Assembly: GCA_965657765.1 (NCBI GenBank)
Contig: CBFHQN010000001.1
Span: 1 to 52,261, forward strand
Reading direction: 5' to 3'
DNA from: Luminiphilus sp.
GTDB lineage: Bacteria; Pseudomonadota; Gammaproteobacteria; Pseudomonadales; Halieaceae
Length of the DNA: 52,261 nucleotides
The position numbers and the translations under genes were made by a program. Positions within the stretch are counted from its first letter, which is position 1, and each line of letters opens with the position of its first letter. Below the pieces are notes generated by a model. It was not told the origin of the DNA, searched no databases, and was given only the letters and a program-made list of their open reading frames with translations. Below are positions 20,200 through 30,575 of the stretch, piece after piece.

Positions 20200-22476
20200 T
20201 CAAGCGCCTACAGCCGCAACTGATGGTGAGGCCTCAGCGTCGCTACGGAGGTCCGCTTTGATCACAGGCAGCGTTCTGACGCGCTTACCCGTCGCATCAA
20301 AAATAGCGTTAGCCAACGCAGGCGCAACACCGGGTGTACCCGGCTCACCTGCGCCGCCCATTTCTGCACCGCTGTTGATGATGTGAGTCTCAATGACAGG
20401 TGCATCGTGCATGCGAATCGCGTCGTAGTCGCTGAAGCTGCTTTGGGCGACAGCGCCGTTCTCGATGGTGATCTCACCGTACATCGCCGCACTTAAGCCG
20501 TAAATTACACCTGATTCAACTTGGGCTTTCATACCATCGGGCGATACCGCATAGCCGGCGTCAATTACAGCAACCACACGGTCTACCCAAGTCTTGCCAC
20601 CCGATACGGTAACTTCCACAACCTGACCGACAATCGAACCGAAGGACTCCTGCAGCGAGATACCGCGGCCACGCCCCTCTTCCATGGGACGTCCCCAACC
20701 CGCTTCCTTGGCCACTCGATTGAGCACGGCAAGCATGCGCGGCTTGTCCTTTAGCATCTCGGCTCGGAACTCGTATGGATCGCGCCCTGCGGCATGCGCC
20801 GCCTCATCGACAAAGGACTCGGTGAAGAAACCGTGTTGCGAGTGATCAACGCTTCGCCACGCACCGAAGGGCACGTGTGTTGGACTGGCGACGTGACCAA
20901 TGTCTTGCGACGCTACTGTGTAAGGAATAAGCGGCGCTTCTGCGGGCTCGTGCTTATCGACATAGGTGTTTTGCCACGCGACCAACTTACCGTCGATATC
21001 GAGGCCTGCCTTGAATCGGCTCTGAACAGCAGGGCGATAGAAATCCTGCTTAATGTCTTCACTACGCGAGTAAACCATCTGAACAGGTCTACCCACTTGA
21101 CGCGCAATCAGGGCCGCCTGCAGCGCGTAATCCGCATTGCTCTTGCGTCCAAAGCCACCACCCATAAAGTAGTTGTGCAGGCTGACTTGCTCTAAATCCA
21201 AGCCAAGACTCGCGGCGAGGTGCTGTCGGAAGCCGAGTGGGTTCTGACACCCTACCCAGATCTCAGCACTGTCTGCTGTCACTTCGGCCGTGGCATTTGG
21301 CGGCTCCATACACGTATGTGCCAAATAGGGCACGCGATAATCAGCCGTTAGTACCGTTGCGGCACCATCAAAGGCTGCATTAGCGTCTCCTACAGCCACA
21401 TCATTCGCACGATCAACACCTGCCGTGATGTCGCGATCAAACTGCTCGAAGATAGAAGCGCTCGAGACTTGCTCTTTGCCGTTTGTGTTCCACTCGATAT
21501 CAAGCGCTGCAAGCGCCTTTTCGGCCTTCCAGTAGCTGTCTGCAACCACCGCGATTGTATCGCCCGCTGAGTAGGAACCTACCAGCCCTGCTGCACTCGA
21601 AGGTCCCATTTTGACAACATCGATAACACCTTTTATAGCACGTGCTGCACTGTCATCAACGCGTCGCAACGAACCACCTGCTACAGGTGTTCGCTTGACA
21701 GCGGCATAAACCATACCGGGGCGTTTTACGTCCATGGCAAACATCGCAGTGCCATCGACTTTGGACGGGATATCATGACGAGGCTTGCTCTGACCCATGA
21801 CAGAAAACTCGCTGGCTTTCTTGAGCTTTGGCGTTGAAGACGGCGTCATTTCAGCTGCTGCGGCGGCAAACTCCGAATACGGCGCAGACCGACCCGTGCC
21901 ATCATGATGAAGCATGCTTTTAGCTGTTCGAATCTCACCTGCGGGAACACCCCAGGCTTTTGCAGCTGTCTTGACCAGCATCTCGCGTACCGATGCGCCC
22001 GCTGCGCGCAGAAAGTACTGACCGGTGGTGCGGATACTCATGCTGCCACCCGTCACCTGCATACCCATTGCATCTGCCAGGTTGAGCATAAGGCCATCCA
22101 CAGTTGGGACAACAGCGTCAGGGAAATCAACACCCTTAAACAGATACCCACGACCCACAGCCATATTGGCGTATTCAGCGTCCGCTGGCGCTTCTTCAAA
22201 GCGCATCAGATCCCAGTCAGCGTCAAGCTCCTCAGCCAGCATTTGAGTCAGCGCAGTCTGCGCACCCTGCCCCATCTCTGAGTGCGGCAAAATCGCCGTC
22301 GCGCGATTCTGATCGTCTATTTTGAGATAGATGTGAAGTAGGTTTTCACCTTCAACAGTGACTAGATGGCCTGCTGTTTCAGTCGGGTTACCCGGGCGTA
22401 CAGCGATACCAATGACTAAGCCTGTACCACCAAGAACACCTGCAGATAAAACACCGCGTCTCGTCCACTTACCCAT
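20200..22476 (-). CDS. Molybdopterin-binding large subunit (IorB-like), copy 2
   Basis: Start [10 protein letters not shown] (twin-Arg-like), EMGQG, GGGFGRK, GAGEP; ATG 22476 overlaps the small-subunit stop. Confidence 0.9.
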   Translation of the reverse strand: MGKWTRRGVLSAGVLGGTGLVIGIAVRPGNPTETAGHLVTVEGENLLHIYLKIDDQNRATAILPHSEMGQGAQTALTQMLAEELDADWDLMRFEEAPADAEYANMAVGRGYLFKGVDFPDAVVPTVDGLMLNLADAMGMQVTGGSMSIRTTGQYFLRAAGASVREMLVKTAAKAWGVPAGEIRTAKSMLHHDGTGRSAPYSEFAAAAAEMTPSSTPKLKKASEFSVMGQSKPRHDIPSKVDGTAMFAMDVKRPGMVYAAVKRTPVAGGSLRRVDDSAARAIKGVIDVVKMGPSSAAGLVGSYSAGDTIAVVADSYWKAEKALAALDIEWNTNGKEQVSSASIFEQFDRDITAGVDRANDVAVGDANAAFDGAATVLTADYRVPYLAHTCMEPPNATAEVTADSAEIWVGCQNPLGFRQHLAASLGLDLEQVSLHNYFMGGGFGRKSNADYALQAALIARQVGRPVQMVYSRSEDIKQDFYRPAVQSRFKAGLDIDGKLVAWQNTYVDKHEPAEAPLIPYTVASQDIGHVASPTHVPFGAWRSVDHSQHGFFTESFVDEAAHAAGRDPYEFRAEMLKDKPRMLAVLNRVAKEAGWGRPMEEGRGRGISLQESFGSIVGQVVEVTVSGGKTWVDRVVAVIDAGYAVSPDGMKAQVESGVIYGLSAAMYGEITIENGAVAQSSFSDYDAIRMHDAPVIETHIINSGAEMGGAGEPGTPGVAPALANAIFDATGKRVRTLPVIKADLRSDAEASPSVAAVGA

Positions 22477-22960
22477 TCTGACTTCCCTCCATCGCATCGT
22501 AGAAAGATGCGCCGGCGACCTGCTTAATCGCTGATCGAATTCGTCCATACATGCCACAGCGGCAGACGTTGCCTTTCATCGCTTTATCAATATCGCTATC
22601 CGAAGGGTTTGGATTCTCAGCCAGCAGCGCAGCTGCCGACATCAACTGACCCGATTGGCAGTAACCGCACTGAGGCGCTTGCTGATCAATCCAAGCTTGC
22701 TGGAGTGCATGAAGCGAGCCATCGGCACTCTTTAGGCCTTCAATCGTTGTGACGCTCGCTCCCTCGAGAGAGGCAACCAGCGTGATACAGGAGCGCTGTG
22801 CACGCCCATTCACATGAATGGTGCAGGCGCCGCATTGCGCCATGCCGCATCCGAATTTTGTGCCGGTCAGGTCGAGTTGTTCTCGAATAACCCAGAGCGC
22901 GGGCGTGTCGGGATCAGTATCAACTGTCCTTACTTCACCGTTGAGTGTAAACGTTGTCAT
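22469..22960 (-). CDS. 2x[2Fe-2S] small subunit (IorA-like), copy 2
   Basis: [24 protein letters not shown]; RBS GAGGA. Confidence 0.92.
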   Translation of the reverse strand: MTTFTLNGEVRTVDTDPDTPALWVIREQLDLTGTKFGCGMAQCGACTIHVNGRAQRSCITLVASLEGASVTTIEGLKSADGSLHALQQAWIDQQAPQCGYCQSGQLMSAAALLAENPNPSDSDIDKAMKGNVCRCGMYGRIRSAIKQVAGASFYDAMEGSQNG

Positions 22961-23088
22961 CAGCTATTCCTCGTTTGTGAAGCGCTCAGGAAAGCGCTTC
23001 AGTGCCGCCAGTATGATCGAATTTTTAGCTCATTGCTCATAAACACGATCATCCTGATTAACCCTTAAAAGAGTCGACAAACCGCTGT

Positions 23089-23126
23089 TGACTCGTGGTC
23101 AGTTAATTTAATGACTGGCGGTCATT
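23089..23126. promoter_or_regulatory. Tandem TGAC-N5-GTCA palindromes, probable operator of the adjacent TetR
   Basis: TGAC-TCGTG-GTCA (23089-23101) and AATGAC-TGGCG-GTCATT (23110-23126) in the divergent intergenic region. Confidence 0.7.
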
Positions 23127-23150
23127 TGTCAAGCGAGTTACTATCGAGTC

Positions 23151-23813
23151 ATGAGCTCAAACATTACTCAACTGAAACGTGCACGAACTCCGGAGCAGAA
23201 GAGCGACCGACGGGATACGATCCTTGTCACCGCCAAAACACTTTTCATGGAGGCAGGCTACGAAGGTTTCTCTATGGGACTTTTGTCCAAGCGCGCGGGC
23301 GTCGCTAAGGGCACTCTATATCTTTACTTTGGTACCAAAGAGGAGGTACTGCTCTCCCTTTACAGCCAAGAATTTGAGCGGTTTTGCAATGAACTGACGG
23401 CAGGCATGCCTTCGGAAATAACTGATGCGGATTTTGTATCACGCATCTATGAAACCAGTGTTTCCGACCCACTATTCTTGGCGCTACATGCGAGACTCGG
23501 AACGGTTATCGAGCAAAACATTTCAGTCGACGCGCTCATTACTTCGAAGCGCAACATGGCGAAGCACTTTCAATTGATGGTTAATAACCTGTCAGGGCCA
23601 CTCGCACTTGATTATGAACAGACACTCGCTGCTCTCACAGGCATATCGGCGCTGCTAACCGGGGCTTATGACGGCGGCACTGTGTCGATCTTCGAGACCG
23701 AAACTATTCCTGATGATGTGGCGAGCTTTATGGGGTACTTCGATATGAAGACACGCTTTGAGAAAAATGCGGGGTACATTCTTCAAGGGATCCGAGCTTC
23801 TGGCTGCCAATAA
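23151..23813 (+). CDS. TetR/AcrR family transcriptional regulator
   Basis: N-terminal HTH AGVAKGTLYLYFGTKEE. Confidence 0.93.
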   Translation: MSSNITQLKRARTPEQKSDRRDTILVTAKTLFMEAGYEGFSMGLLSKRAGVAKGTLYLYFGTKEEVLLSLYSQEFERFCNELTAGMPSEITDADFVSRIYETSVSDPLFLALHARLGTVIEQNISVDALITSKRNMAKHFQLMVNNLSGPLALDYEQTLAALTGISALLTGAYDGGTVSIFETETIPDDVASFMGYFDMKTRFEKNAGYILQGIRASGCQ

Positions 23814-23943
23814 CACCGAGCGTCCGGTTCATCATGCGCATCCAATTAGTTTCTTTTAAAGTGTCCACCATGAACGCCAACTCCCGCTTGCACTACAAAT
23901 CTCGAAAAGCACCAAAGTCCTCGGTGCGCACGAGTGCTGCAAA

Positions 23944-24975
23944 ATGACGATGCAATTGTCGGCAATGCTATCCACCTGGGCACCTAAGCGAGACAGCGAG
24001 GATTGGGTCTTAGGAACCGTATACAAGACCGAGGGTTCCAGCTATCGAAAACCGGGCGCAATGAGTCTGATTAGCTCAGGCGGTGATCAGCTGGGCCTAT
24101 TAAGCGGAGGCTGTCTAGAGGCCGACATCAGGCTCAACGCCCGAAAAGTCATGGCATCAGGTATTCCCGTCTGTATTCGCTACGATGGCGACGATGAAGA
24201 TGATCTGTCGTACCGCTTAGGCATCGGCTGTGGTGGCGTTGTTTACGTGTTACTCGAGCTCATAAATGCCGAAAACAACTACCAAAGCTTACTTGAGATT
24301 CAAGCTGCACTCAAAGCGAGACAAAGTGGGCAACTGCGTCAGCATATTCCTCAAACGGGAGAACGTTTCCTTCCAAGCACGTTTGCGGTCGATTCAGTGC
24401 TCACCCGAAAACGTGCCAAAAGCGTTCTTCTTGAGACGGGTGGTGAAACCTGGCTGAACTCACACATAACTCCCGCCCCACACCTTCTCGTTGCTGGTGG
24501 TGGGATAGATGCGCAGCCCGTTGTCATCCTTGCAAATCAGCTGGGCTGGGAAACGACGGTGTGGGATCCGAGACCTGCCAATGCAAGGGACGAGTTTTTC
24601 CATATGGCCGATCATCGCTTGCGCTGCTCAGCGGAAGAGCTGGCCGACCAAGTTCAAAGGCTATTCATTAACGCCGCCATGGTCATGACGCACAGCGTGC
24701 CGATGGATGCACAAACTTTAAAGGCGTTGTCGGGGAAGGGGCTCGACTATGTCGGACTCCTAGGCCCCACTCACCGCCGTGAGGAAGTCTTCGAGGAAGC
24801 CGGGCTCAGTGATGCCGATTTCAAACCCACGGTAGACGGTCCTGCCGGTTTCGATATCGGCGGTGAACTGCCTGAGAGCATCGCGCTCTCCGTGATTGCC
24901 AAGTGTCACGACGCTATTTTCGGTTCGGGTTCGCGCTCTGACGATGAAAATCAGTCTGCCATGGACAATGACTGA
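23944..24975 (+). CDS. xdhC: XdhC/CoxI family Moco sulfuration/insertion accessory protein
   Basis: GSSYRKPGA, LSGGCLE, GIGCGG, YVGLLGP, GFDIGGELPESIALS. Confidence 0.88.
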   Translation: MTMQLSAMLSTWAPKRDSEDWVLGTVYKTEGSSYRKPGAMSLISSGGDQLGLLSGGCLEADIRLNARKVMASGIPVCIRYDGDDEDDLSYRLGIGCGGVVYVLLELINAENNYQSLLEIQAALKARQSGQLRQHIPQTGERFLPSTFAVDSVLTRKRAKSVLLETGGETWLNSHITPAPHLLVAGGGIDAQPVVILANQLGWETTVWDPRPANARDEFFHMADHRLRCSAEELADQVQRLFINAAMVMTHSVPMDAQTLKALSGKGLDYVGLLGPTHRREEVFEEAGLSDADFKPTVDGPAGFDIGGELPESIALSVIAKCHDAIFGSGSRSDDENQSAMDND

Positions 24976-25579
24976 ATCGCGGCTTGGTATTTTGATTCTC
25001 GCAGCCGGCGAGGCCCGGCGATTCGGTGCCTGCAAGCAACTCGTGGAATTTCATCGCAAGCCGTTACTTCAGCATGTCATAGACGCCGCTCTCGCCCTGC
25101 CCCACAAGCGACTCATGGTCGTTACGGGTAAGTATGACCAAGAAATAAAAACGGCGTTTAAGGGCGGACGGTTAAGCGATGCTGAGCAGGTTTACAACTC
25201 GGATTGGCCTGAGGGTATGAGTAGCTCGATACGCCTAGGGTGCCAGCTCCTTGCAAATGAGTGCGATCAAATCCTCGTGCTGCTGTCAGATCAGATTTTA
25301 GTATCAGCCGACGAGCTTCATGCACTCATTGATGGAACAGACAGCACCAGGATCGCGTGTGCAGGGTTTAACGGAACAGTCGGTCCGCCCGCTTTATTCG
25401 GAAGCGCGTTTTACCCCGAACTGCTGTCACTAGACGCTGAGAATGGTGCAAAACGAATCCTGACCAATCCCAAAAATCAGGTACGCGTGGTCCCTATGAC
25501 ATCTGCGGGCTGGGATATCGACACGCCCGAGGATCTTGAAAATTTAGCGGACGTCGGATCCGATATTTTTGGCAACTAA
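24968..25579 (+). CDS. mocA: Molybdenum cofactor cytidylyltransferase (MocA-like nucleotidyltransferase)
   Basis: ILAAGEARRFG...KQL, GMSSSIRLG, DIDTPED; follows xdhC with overlap. Confidence 0.82.
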   Translation: MTESRLGILILAAGEARRFGACKQLVEFHRKPLLQHVIDAALALPHKRLMVVTGKYDQEIKTAFKGGRLSDAEQVYNSDWPEGMSSSIRLGCQLLANECDQILVLLSDQILVSADELHALIDGTDSTRIACAGFNGTVGPPALFGSAFYPELLSLDAENGAKRILTNPKNQVRVVPMTSAGWDIDTPEDLENLADVGSDIFGN

Positions 25580-25590
25580 AGGCCTTTCCT

Positions 25591-26445
25591 ATGAATAATC
25601 AACAACAAAAAGAGATGTGGAATGGTCGAGCTGGCGCGAGTTGGGTGCGGCACAACACACTGCTCGAACAGTTACTGGCAGAGCCGGGACGTCGTTGTAT
25701 GGACTCGCTATCCCTGCCAGCAGAGGCGCGGCTACTGGATGTAGGTTGTGGCTGCGGCAATCAAACCTTGGAATGGGCATCGCGGTTAGATTCGCATTCC
25801 AAGATTACCGGTGTGGATATTTCAGAGCCCATGCTTGCCTTGGCCGAGGAACTCAAAGTAGCCAATCAAAATACGCTCAACGCTATGGTGGAATTTGTCG
25901 AGGGAGACGCGAGTGACTCCCTATTCCCGAATGAGACCTTTGACGCTATCTACTCACGCTTTGGGGTCATGTTCTTCGCCGACCCTACCGCTGCCTTCAC
26001 CGCGCTTCGCGCAACGCTCAAACCCGAGGGCCAATTGGGCTTTGTGTGTTGGCAGAGTCCAGCGCTCAACCCATTCTTCACAGCGCCGATGCAAGCGGCG
26101 CTGTCGGTGCTTCCTGCTCCCCCACCGGCCAAACCGGGCGCACCAGGACCGTTTGGGTTGGCGGACAAGGGGGTTATCCAGCGCGTGCTGGCTGACGCAG
26201 GCTTCACAGCTCTTAAGATTGAGCCATTGACACTGCAACTATCGGTCGGTGCATCACAGTCCTTTGATGAGATATTCGAGGAGCTCATTCAAATAGGCCC
26301 CGCAGCTGCTCTGATCGCTGAGAGTGATCCGGCGCTAAAAGAGCCCGCCCGCGCCGCTGTCTATGAGCGACTTTTCGAGTTTTACTCACCGGACAAGGGT
26401 GTTTCGTTTGACGCTAATTTTTGGTTGGTGAATGCGGTAAGGTAG
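25591..26445 (+). CDS. Class I SAM-dependent methyltransferase
   Basis: LLDVGCGCG, GVDISEPML, SRFGVMFF. Confidence 0.88.
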   Translation: MNNQQQKEMWNGRAGASWVRHNTLLEQLLAEPGRRCMDSLSLPAEARLLDVGCGCGNQTLEWASRLDSHSKITGVDISEPMLALAEELKVANQNTLNAMVEFVEGDASDSLFPNETFDAIYSRFGVMFFADPTAAFTALRATLKPEGQLGFVCWQSPALNPFFTAPMQAALSVLPAPPPAKPGAPGPFGLADKGVIQRVLADAGFTALKIEPLTLQLSVGASQSFDEIFEELIQIGPAAALIAESDPALKEPARAAVYERLFEFYSPDKGVSFDANFWLVNAVR

Positions 26446-26594
26446 CTCCTGAATTACGGGGCGGGTTTCCAATCAAACTTAATGAGCTTTCGACGCGGCT
26501 TGGAGTGTTAGCTGACGCTTTTGTTGACGTATTTTTATAAATGTGTGGTTCCCGAAGAGAAGCACAAATTAATCAAGTTAAATAAGGAATTTAA

Positions 26595-27761
26595 ATGCGC
26601 AGAGAATTTGACGTCATCGTTTACGGTGCAAGCGGCTTTACCGGCCGATTGGTTGCTGAGTATATGGGAAACACCTATCGCACCAGTGTTAACTGGGCAA
26701 TGGCCGGTAGAAGCGAAGCGAAACTTGCCGAGGTTAGAGAACTGATCGGTGTATCAGCCGATATACCGCTGATAACCGCTGATGCGGCCAATCAGGATTC
26801 GCTGCGGGAAATGGTCAAGCGGGCTTCATGCATCTGCACGACTGTGGGCCCCTACCAGTTATACGGCTCTGAACTCGTTAGATTGTGCGCCGAGGAGGGA
26901 ACACACTATGTGGACCTTTCGGGGGAGCCCGGCTGGATGCACGAGATGATTGCTGCACACAATGACACTGCACGCGCCTCTGGCGCCCGCATTGTGCATA
27001 GCTGTGGCTTTGACTCGATCCCTTTCGACCTTGGCGTCTACTTTTTACAGAAAGCGGCTATCGATCAAACAGGCGCACCCATGAGTCGCGTTCGGGGCCG
27101 TGTCCGCGCAATGAACGGCGAGTTCTCGGGCGGAACGGCAGCGTCTTTGAGCGCTACTATGGCGGCGCTGAAAACTAATCCAGGTCTTCTGAAGGTACTG
27201 GCTAACCCCTTCTCCCTTGCCAATGGCTTTCAAGGTCCAGAGCAACCTTCAGATGCCAAGCCTTACGAAGATGAAGCTATCGGCTCTTGGGTTGCTCCCT
27301 TCATCATGGCACCAATCAATACCAAAAACGTGCACCGTTCGAATGCCTTGCTAAATCATCTCTATGGCGAAGATTTCGAGTACGACGAGATGATGGTGAC
27401 TGGGCCTGGTGAGCAAGGTGCAGCGGTTGCCAGTATGGTAGCGAGCAGCAACCCGCTCGAGGGCGATGACGTGCCAAAACCCGGAGAGGGTCCTTCAAAA
27501 GAGAGCCGCGAAGCCGGTCACTACGATGTGCTGTTTGTCGGCACAAACGCAAACGGCGATCGTATGGAGGCCACCGTTACAGGCGATATGGACCCCGGTT
27601 ATGGCTCAACTTCTAAGATGATCGCTGAAAGTGCGCTTTGCATCCTGCAGGACTGCGAAGATTTGCCAGGGGGTGTCTATACCCCCGCACCGGCCATGGG
27701 TGAAAAACTCATTGAGCGTCTTGTCGCGAATTCAGGGCTTACCTTTAACTTGGGTGCATAA
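26595..27761 (+). CDS. Saccharopine dehydrogenase-like NADP oxidoreductase (trans-acting enoyl reductase family)
   Basis: YGASGFTG, TVGPY, HYVDLSGE, SCGFDSIPFD, DPGYGST. Confidence 0.88.
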   Translation: MRREFDVIVYGASGFTGRLVAEYMGNTYRTSVNWAMAGRSEAKLAEVRELIGVSADIPLITADAANQDSLREMVKRASCICTTVGPYQLYGSELVRLCAEEGTHYVDLSGEPGWMHEMIAAHNDTARASGARIVHSCGFDSIPFDLGVYFLQKAAIDQTGAPMSRVRGRVRAMNGEFSGGTAASLSATMAALKTNPGLLKVLANPFSLANGFQGPEQPSDAKPYEDEAIGSWVAPFIMAPINTKNVHRSNALLNHLYGEDFEYDEMMVTGPGEQGAAVASMVASSNPLEGDDVPKPGEGPSKESREAGHYDVLFVGTNANGDRMEATVTGDMDPGYGSTSKMIAESALCILQDCEDLPGGVYTPAPAMGEKLIERLVANSGLTFNLGA

Positions 27762-27803
27762 GGTGTGTATGCCGAAAATCCCTCAGCACAGAAAAATGGC
27801 TGA

Positions 27804-28199
27804 TTAATTCCGGCCCATTAGGCGGTACTGAGGCAAATCCTCGGCGCCGCTCAACACCATAAATCCCGCAAAAATCGCCAGGTTTTTCACGAAGTTCTGT
27901 GTTTCGTGAGCTTGGCTCACACCTTCATAGACGTTCCAAAAATCATGCATTCCCAGATTAATAATCAAGGTCATGCCTGCTAGCATTAAGGCGACTTGGC
28001 TGACGCGCATACCTATCATCAACATCAAACCGCCGCCGATCTGAAGAACAATTGTGATGGGTAAAAGCAGCTCTGGAGCGGGAATGTTGTGGAGCGCCAT
28101 ATAGCTCAGGGTGTCGGCGTAGCCGGTCACTTTGGAAATGCCGGGAAGGAAAAAATAGAGACCGAGCAAAAATCGGCCGAGAGTGACAGCAAAGCGCAT
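27804..28199 (-). CDS. DoxX family membrane protein
   Basis: 131 aa hydrophobic; LGRFLLG, HDFW, NFVKNLAI; RBS GGAG. Confidence 0.85.
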   Translation of the reverse strand: MRFAVTLGRFLLGLYFFLPGISKVTGYADTLSYMALHNIPAPELLLPITIVLQIGGGLMLMIGMRVSQVALMLAGMTLIINLGMHDFWNVYEGVSQAHETQNFVKNLAIFAGFMVLSGAEDLPQYRLMGRN

Positions 28200-28247
28200 T
28201 GTTATTGTTCTCCGTTGATTGGGCTTCTATTTAACACTGATATACCC

Positions 28248-28319
28248 CTCGCGCGCACCTTTTTGTCTTCCTACTCGCGCACCCCTTTTTGCCAGCCTCT
28301 TCGCGCGTTCCTTTCAAGC
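28248..28319. repeat. Three degenerate direct repeats with 26-bp period upstream of doxX
   Basis: CTCGCGCGCACCTTTTTGTC (28248), CTCGCGCACCCCTTTTTGCC (28274), TTCGCGCGTTCCTTTCAAGC (28300); units 1 and 2 match at 20 of 26 positions. Confidence 0.75.
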
Positions 28320-28366
28320 ACTAGCAATAGTGATGACTGCGAGATCAGACCGCTCGTGTAGGCACA

Positions 28367-28390
28367 GAAAAGGGCGCCGTAAGCGCCCTT
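28367..28390 (-). terminator. Intrinsic terminator after the thiolase/multifunctional-enzyme operon
   Basis: Minus strand AAGGGCGC-TTACG-GCGCCCTTTTC. Confidence 0.75.
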
Positions 28391-28408
28391 CAAAACTCAC
28401 GCCTCGCT

Positions 28409-30553
28409 TTACACGAAAGTTTCGGCGGCAGCCAATTTCTCGGCCACAATGGCGGGCGGCTCAAAACGCTCACCGTAGGCTGCACTGAGCTCACCACATC
28501 GATCGATGAAGTTTTGCAGGCCGTAAGTGTTAACGAACTGCAAGAGCCCACCGGTCCATGCGGGTGCACCAATGCCCATGATGGAACCGATATTGCCATC
28601 AGCTACGCTGCGGAGCACACCGGTCTCCAGGCACTTGAGAGCCTCGATGACCTGACGAAACAGCAAACGCTCTTTGACGTCTTGATCAGAGATTTCTGCG
28701 CCATCTGTACCGTAAAGATCGGCAAGTCCCGACCAAACCTCTTTGGAGCCATCCGCACCGTATTCGTAGAAACCGCCCCCGTGGTAGCGACCGCCGCGTC
28801 CATGATCACCGATCATGGTGTCGACAACGCCCGCAGTTATTGAGCGATCATCTCCCTCGATGGCCAGGCCCATCTCCTTCCAGGTCTCCTGAGCTTTACG
28901 AGACAACTCAAGGCTAACCTCGTCATAGACTGTTAAAGGCCCAACCGGCATACCCACGGCTTTACCGAGATTATCGATTCGAACTGGCTTCACACCCTCT
29001 ACCAGCATGCGCACGCCTTCGTCGAGATACGTTCCGAAGGTACGCGACGTAAAGAAACCGAGCGAATCGTTCACAACGATAGGCGTCTTCTTGATTTGCT
29101 TGGTGTAATCGAAGGCTTTAGCCAGTGCGACATCACCGGTTTTCTCACCCATGATGATCTCAACGAGCGGCATCTTGTCGACGGGAGAGAAGAAGTGAAC
29201 ACCAATAAAATTCTCAGCATTTTGGCTTGCCTCTGCCAACTGAGTAATCGGCAGCGTGGATGTATTTGATCCCCAGATGCCTCCCTCCGCCATCCGAGGC
29301 TCGAGATCACGCGTCATTTGATGCTTGAGATTCATATTCTCGAACACCGCTTCGATGATGAGATCGCAACCGTCGAGGTCCGCGTCTGATGCTGTCGGAT
29401 GAATCAAAGACAGGACCTCTGCCATTTTCTCTGACGTCATACGACCTTTATCAACCCGCTTTTGCAGCAATGCTTCTGTGTAGGACTTACCTTTTTCAGC
29501 TGCTTCAAGACTGATGTCTTTAAGGACAACCTTGATGCCCGCCATTGCTGAAGAATACGCAATACCCTGCCCCATCATGCCCGCACCCAGCACGCCAACC
29601 TTCTCGGTCTTCTGTGGCGGAATATCTTTCGGACGCGAGGCACCACCATTGATCTTGTTCATCTGGAAGAAGAACGTATTAATCATGTTCTTGGCTTGAG
29701 GCGTGAGCGCAAGTTCAGCCAGCCCGCGACTTTCGATACGCATTGCGGTCTCGAAATCGACCGTAAGAGCCTGAACAGCCACGTCAAAGATCTTCTCAGG
29801 TGCAGGCAGCAAACCGCGCGTATTCTTTCGAATCATGGGCGCACCCATGGTCACCATCTGCGCTACCTGTGGATTGCGGATGTTGCCACCGGGGATTTTA
29901 TAACCCTTGGTATCCCAAGGCTGAGTGCGTGCCGCCTCATCGTCCTTGTTATCCATGACCCACTGCTTAGCAGCAGCGACGAGTTGGTCTTTGTCTTCAA
30001 CCACTGCGTTGATCAACCCGGATGCCAAGGCCTTCTCAGGAGCAACGCGCTTGCCCTCGACAATGTACTCATTGGCGGCCATCAGCCCCATGAGATACAC
30101 CGCCTTGACATTACCGCCACCTCCGGGAAGTAGGCCCAGTGTCACCTCAGGGAAGCCAAGCTGAACACTACGGTGGTTCCAAGCGATACGGTGGTGGCAT
30201 GAGAGTGCAAGCTCGAGACCACCGCCCAACGCTGCGCCGTTAATAGCAGCGCAAACGGGTGCTTGAAGCTTCTCCAAGCGTCGCATGGCTGCCTTGGTAG
30301 CACACATCCCATTAAAGAAATCTTCAACCGTTTCTTCGGTAACCTGGCACAGCATATTCAGATCTCCACCGGCAAAGAAAGTCGACTTCCCTGACGTCAG
30401 AACAACCCCTGCCAGATCAGTCTCCGCCTCTAGCTTATCGAGGGTCGCCTCAAAAAGCGGAAGAAAAGCATCGCTCATGGAGTTAACGGGCCCGTCCATA
30501 TCCATGGTGACCGTTACTACATTGCTGTCGTCTTTATCGTAATGAAAACTCAT
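28409..30553 (-). CDS. Fatty-acid oxidation multifunctional enzyme (enoyl-CoA hydratase/3-hydroxyacyl-CoA dehydrogenase), FadB/FadJ-like
   Basis: FFAGGD, ALGGGLE, FPEVTLGLLPG, GAGMMG, SNTSTLPI, HFFSPV. Confidence 0.93.
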   Translation of the reverse strand: MSFHYDKDDSNVVTVTMDMDGPVNSMSDAFLPLFEATLDKLEAETDLAGVVLTSGKSTFFAGGDLNMLCQVTEETVEDFFNGMCATKAAMRRLEKLQAPVCAAINGAALGGGLELALSCHHRIAWNHRSVQLGFPEVTLGLLPGGGGNVKAVYLMGLMAANEYIVEGKRVAPEKALASGLINAVVEDKDQLVAAAKQWVMDNKDDEAARTQPWDTKGYKIPGGNIRNPQVAQMVTMGAPMIRKNTRGLLPAPEKIFDVAVQALTVDFETAMRIESRGLAELALTPQAKNMINTFFFQMNKINGGASRPKDIPPQKTEKVGVLGAGMMGQGIAYSSAMAGIKVVLKDISLEAAEKGKSYTEALLQKRVDKGRMTSEKMAEVLSLIHPTASDADLDGCDLIIEAVFENMNLKHQMTRDLEPRMAEGGIWGSNTSTLPITQLAEASQNAENFIGVHFFSPVDKMPLVEIIMGEKTGDVALAKAFDYTKQIKKTPIVVNDSLGFFTSRTFGTYLDEGVRMLVEGVKPVRIDNLGKAVGMPVGPLTVYDEVSLELSRKAQETWKEMGLAIEGDDRSITAGVVDTMIGDHGRGGRYHGGGFYEYGADGSKEVWSGLADLYGTDGAEISDQDVKERLLFRQVIEALKCLETGVLRSVADGNIGSIMGIGAPAWTGGLLQFVNTYGLQNFIDRCGELSAAYGERFEPPAIVAEKLAAAETFV

Positions 30554-30575
30554 TTTCTCTAACTCCTAATACCGC

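Noticed and set aside
28248-28319. CRISPR or REP interpretation of the 26-bp repeats
   Set aside because: Only three degenerate contiguous units, no unique spacers, no cas genes, and not seen elsewhere in the window
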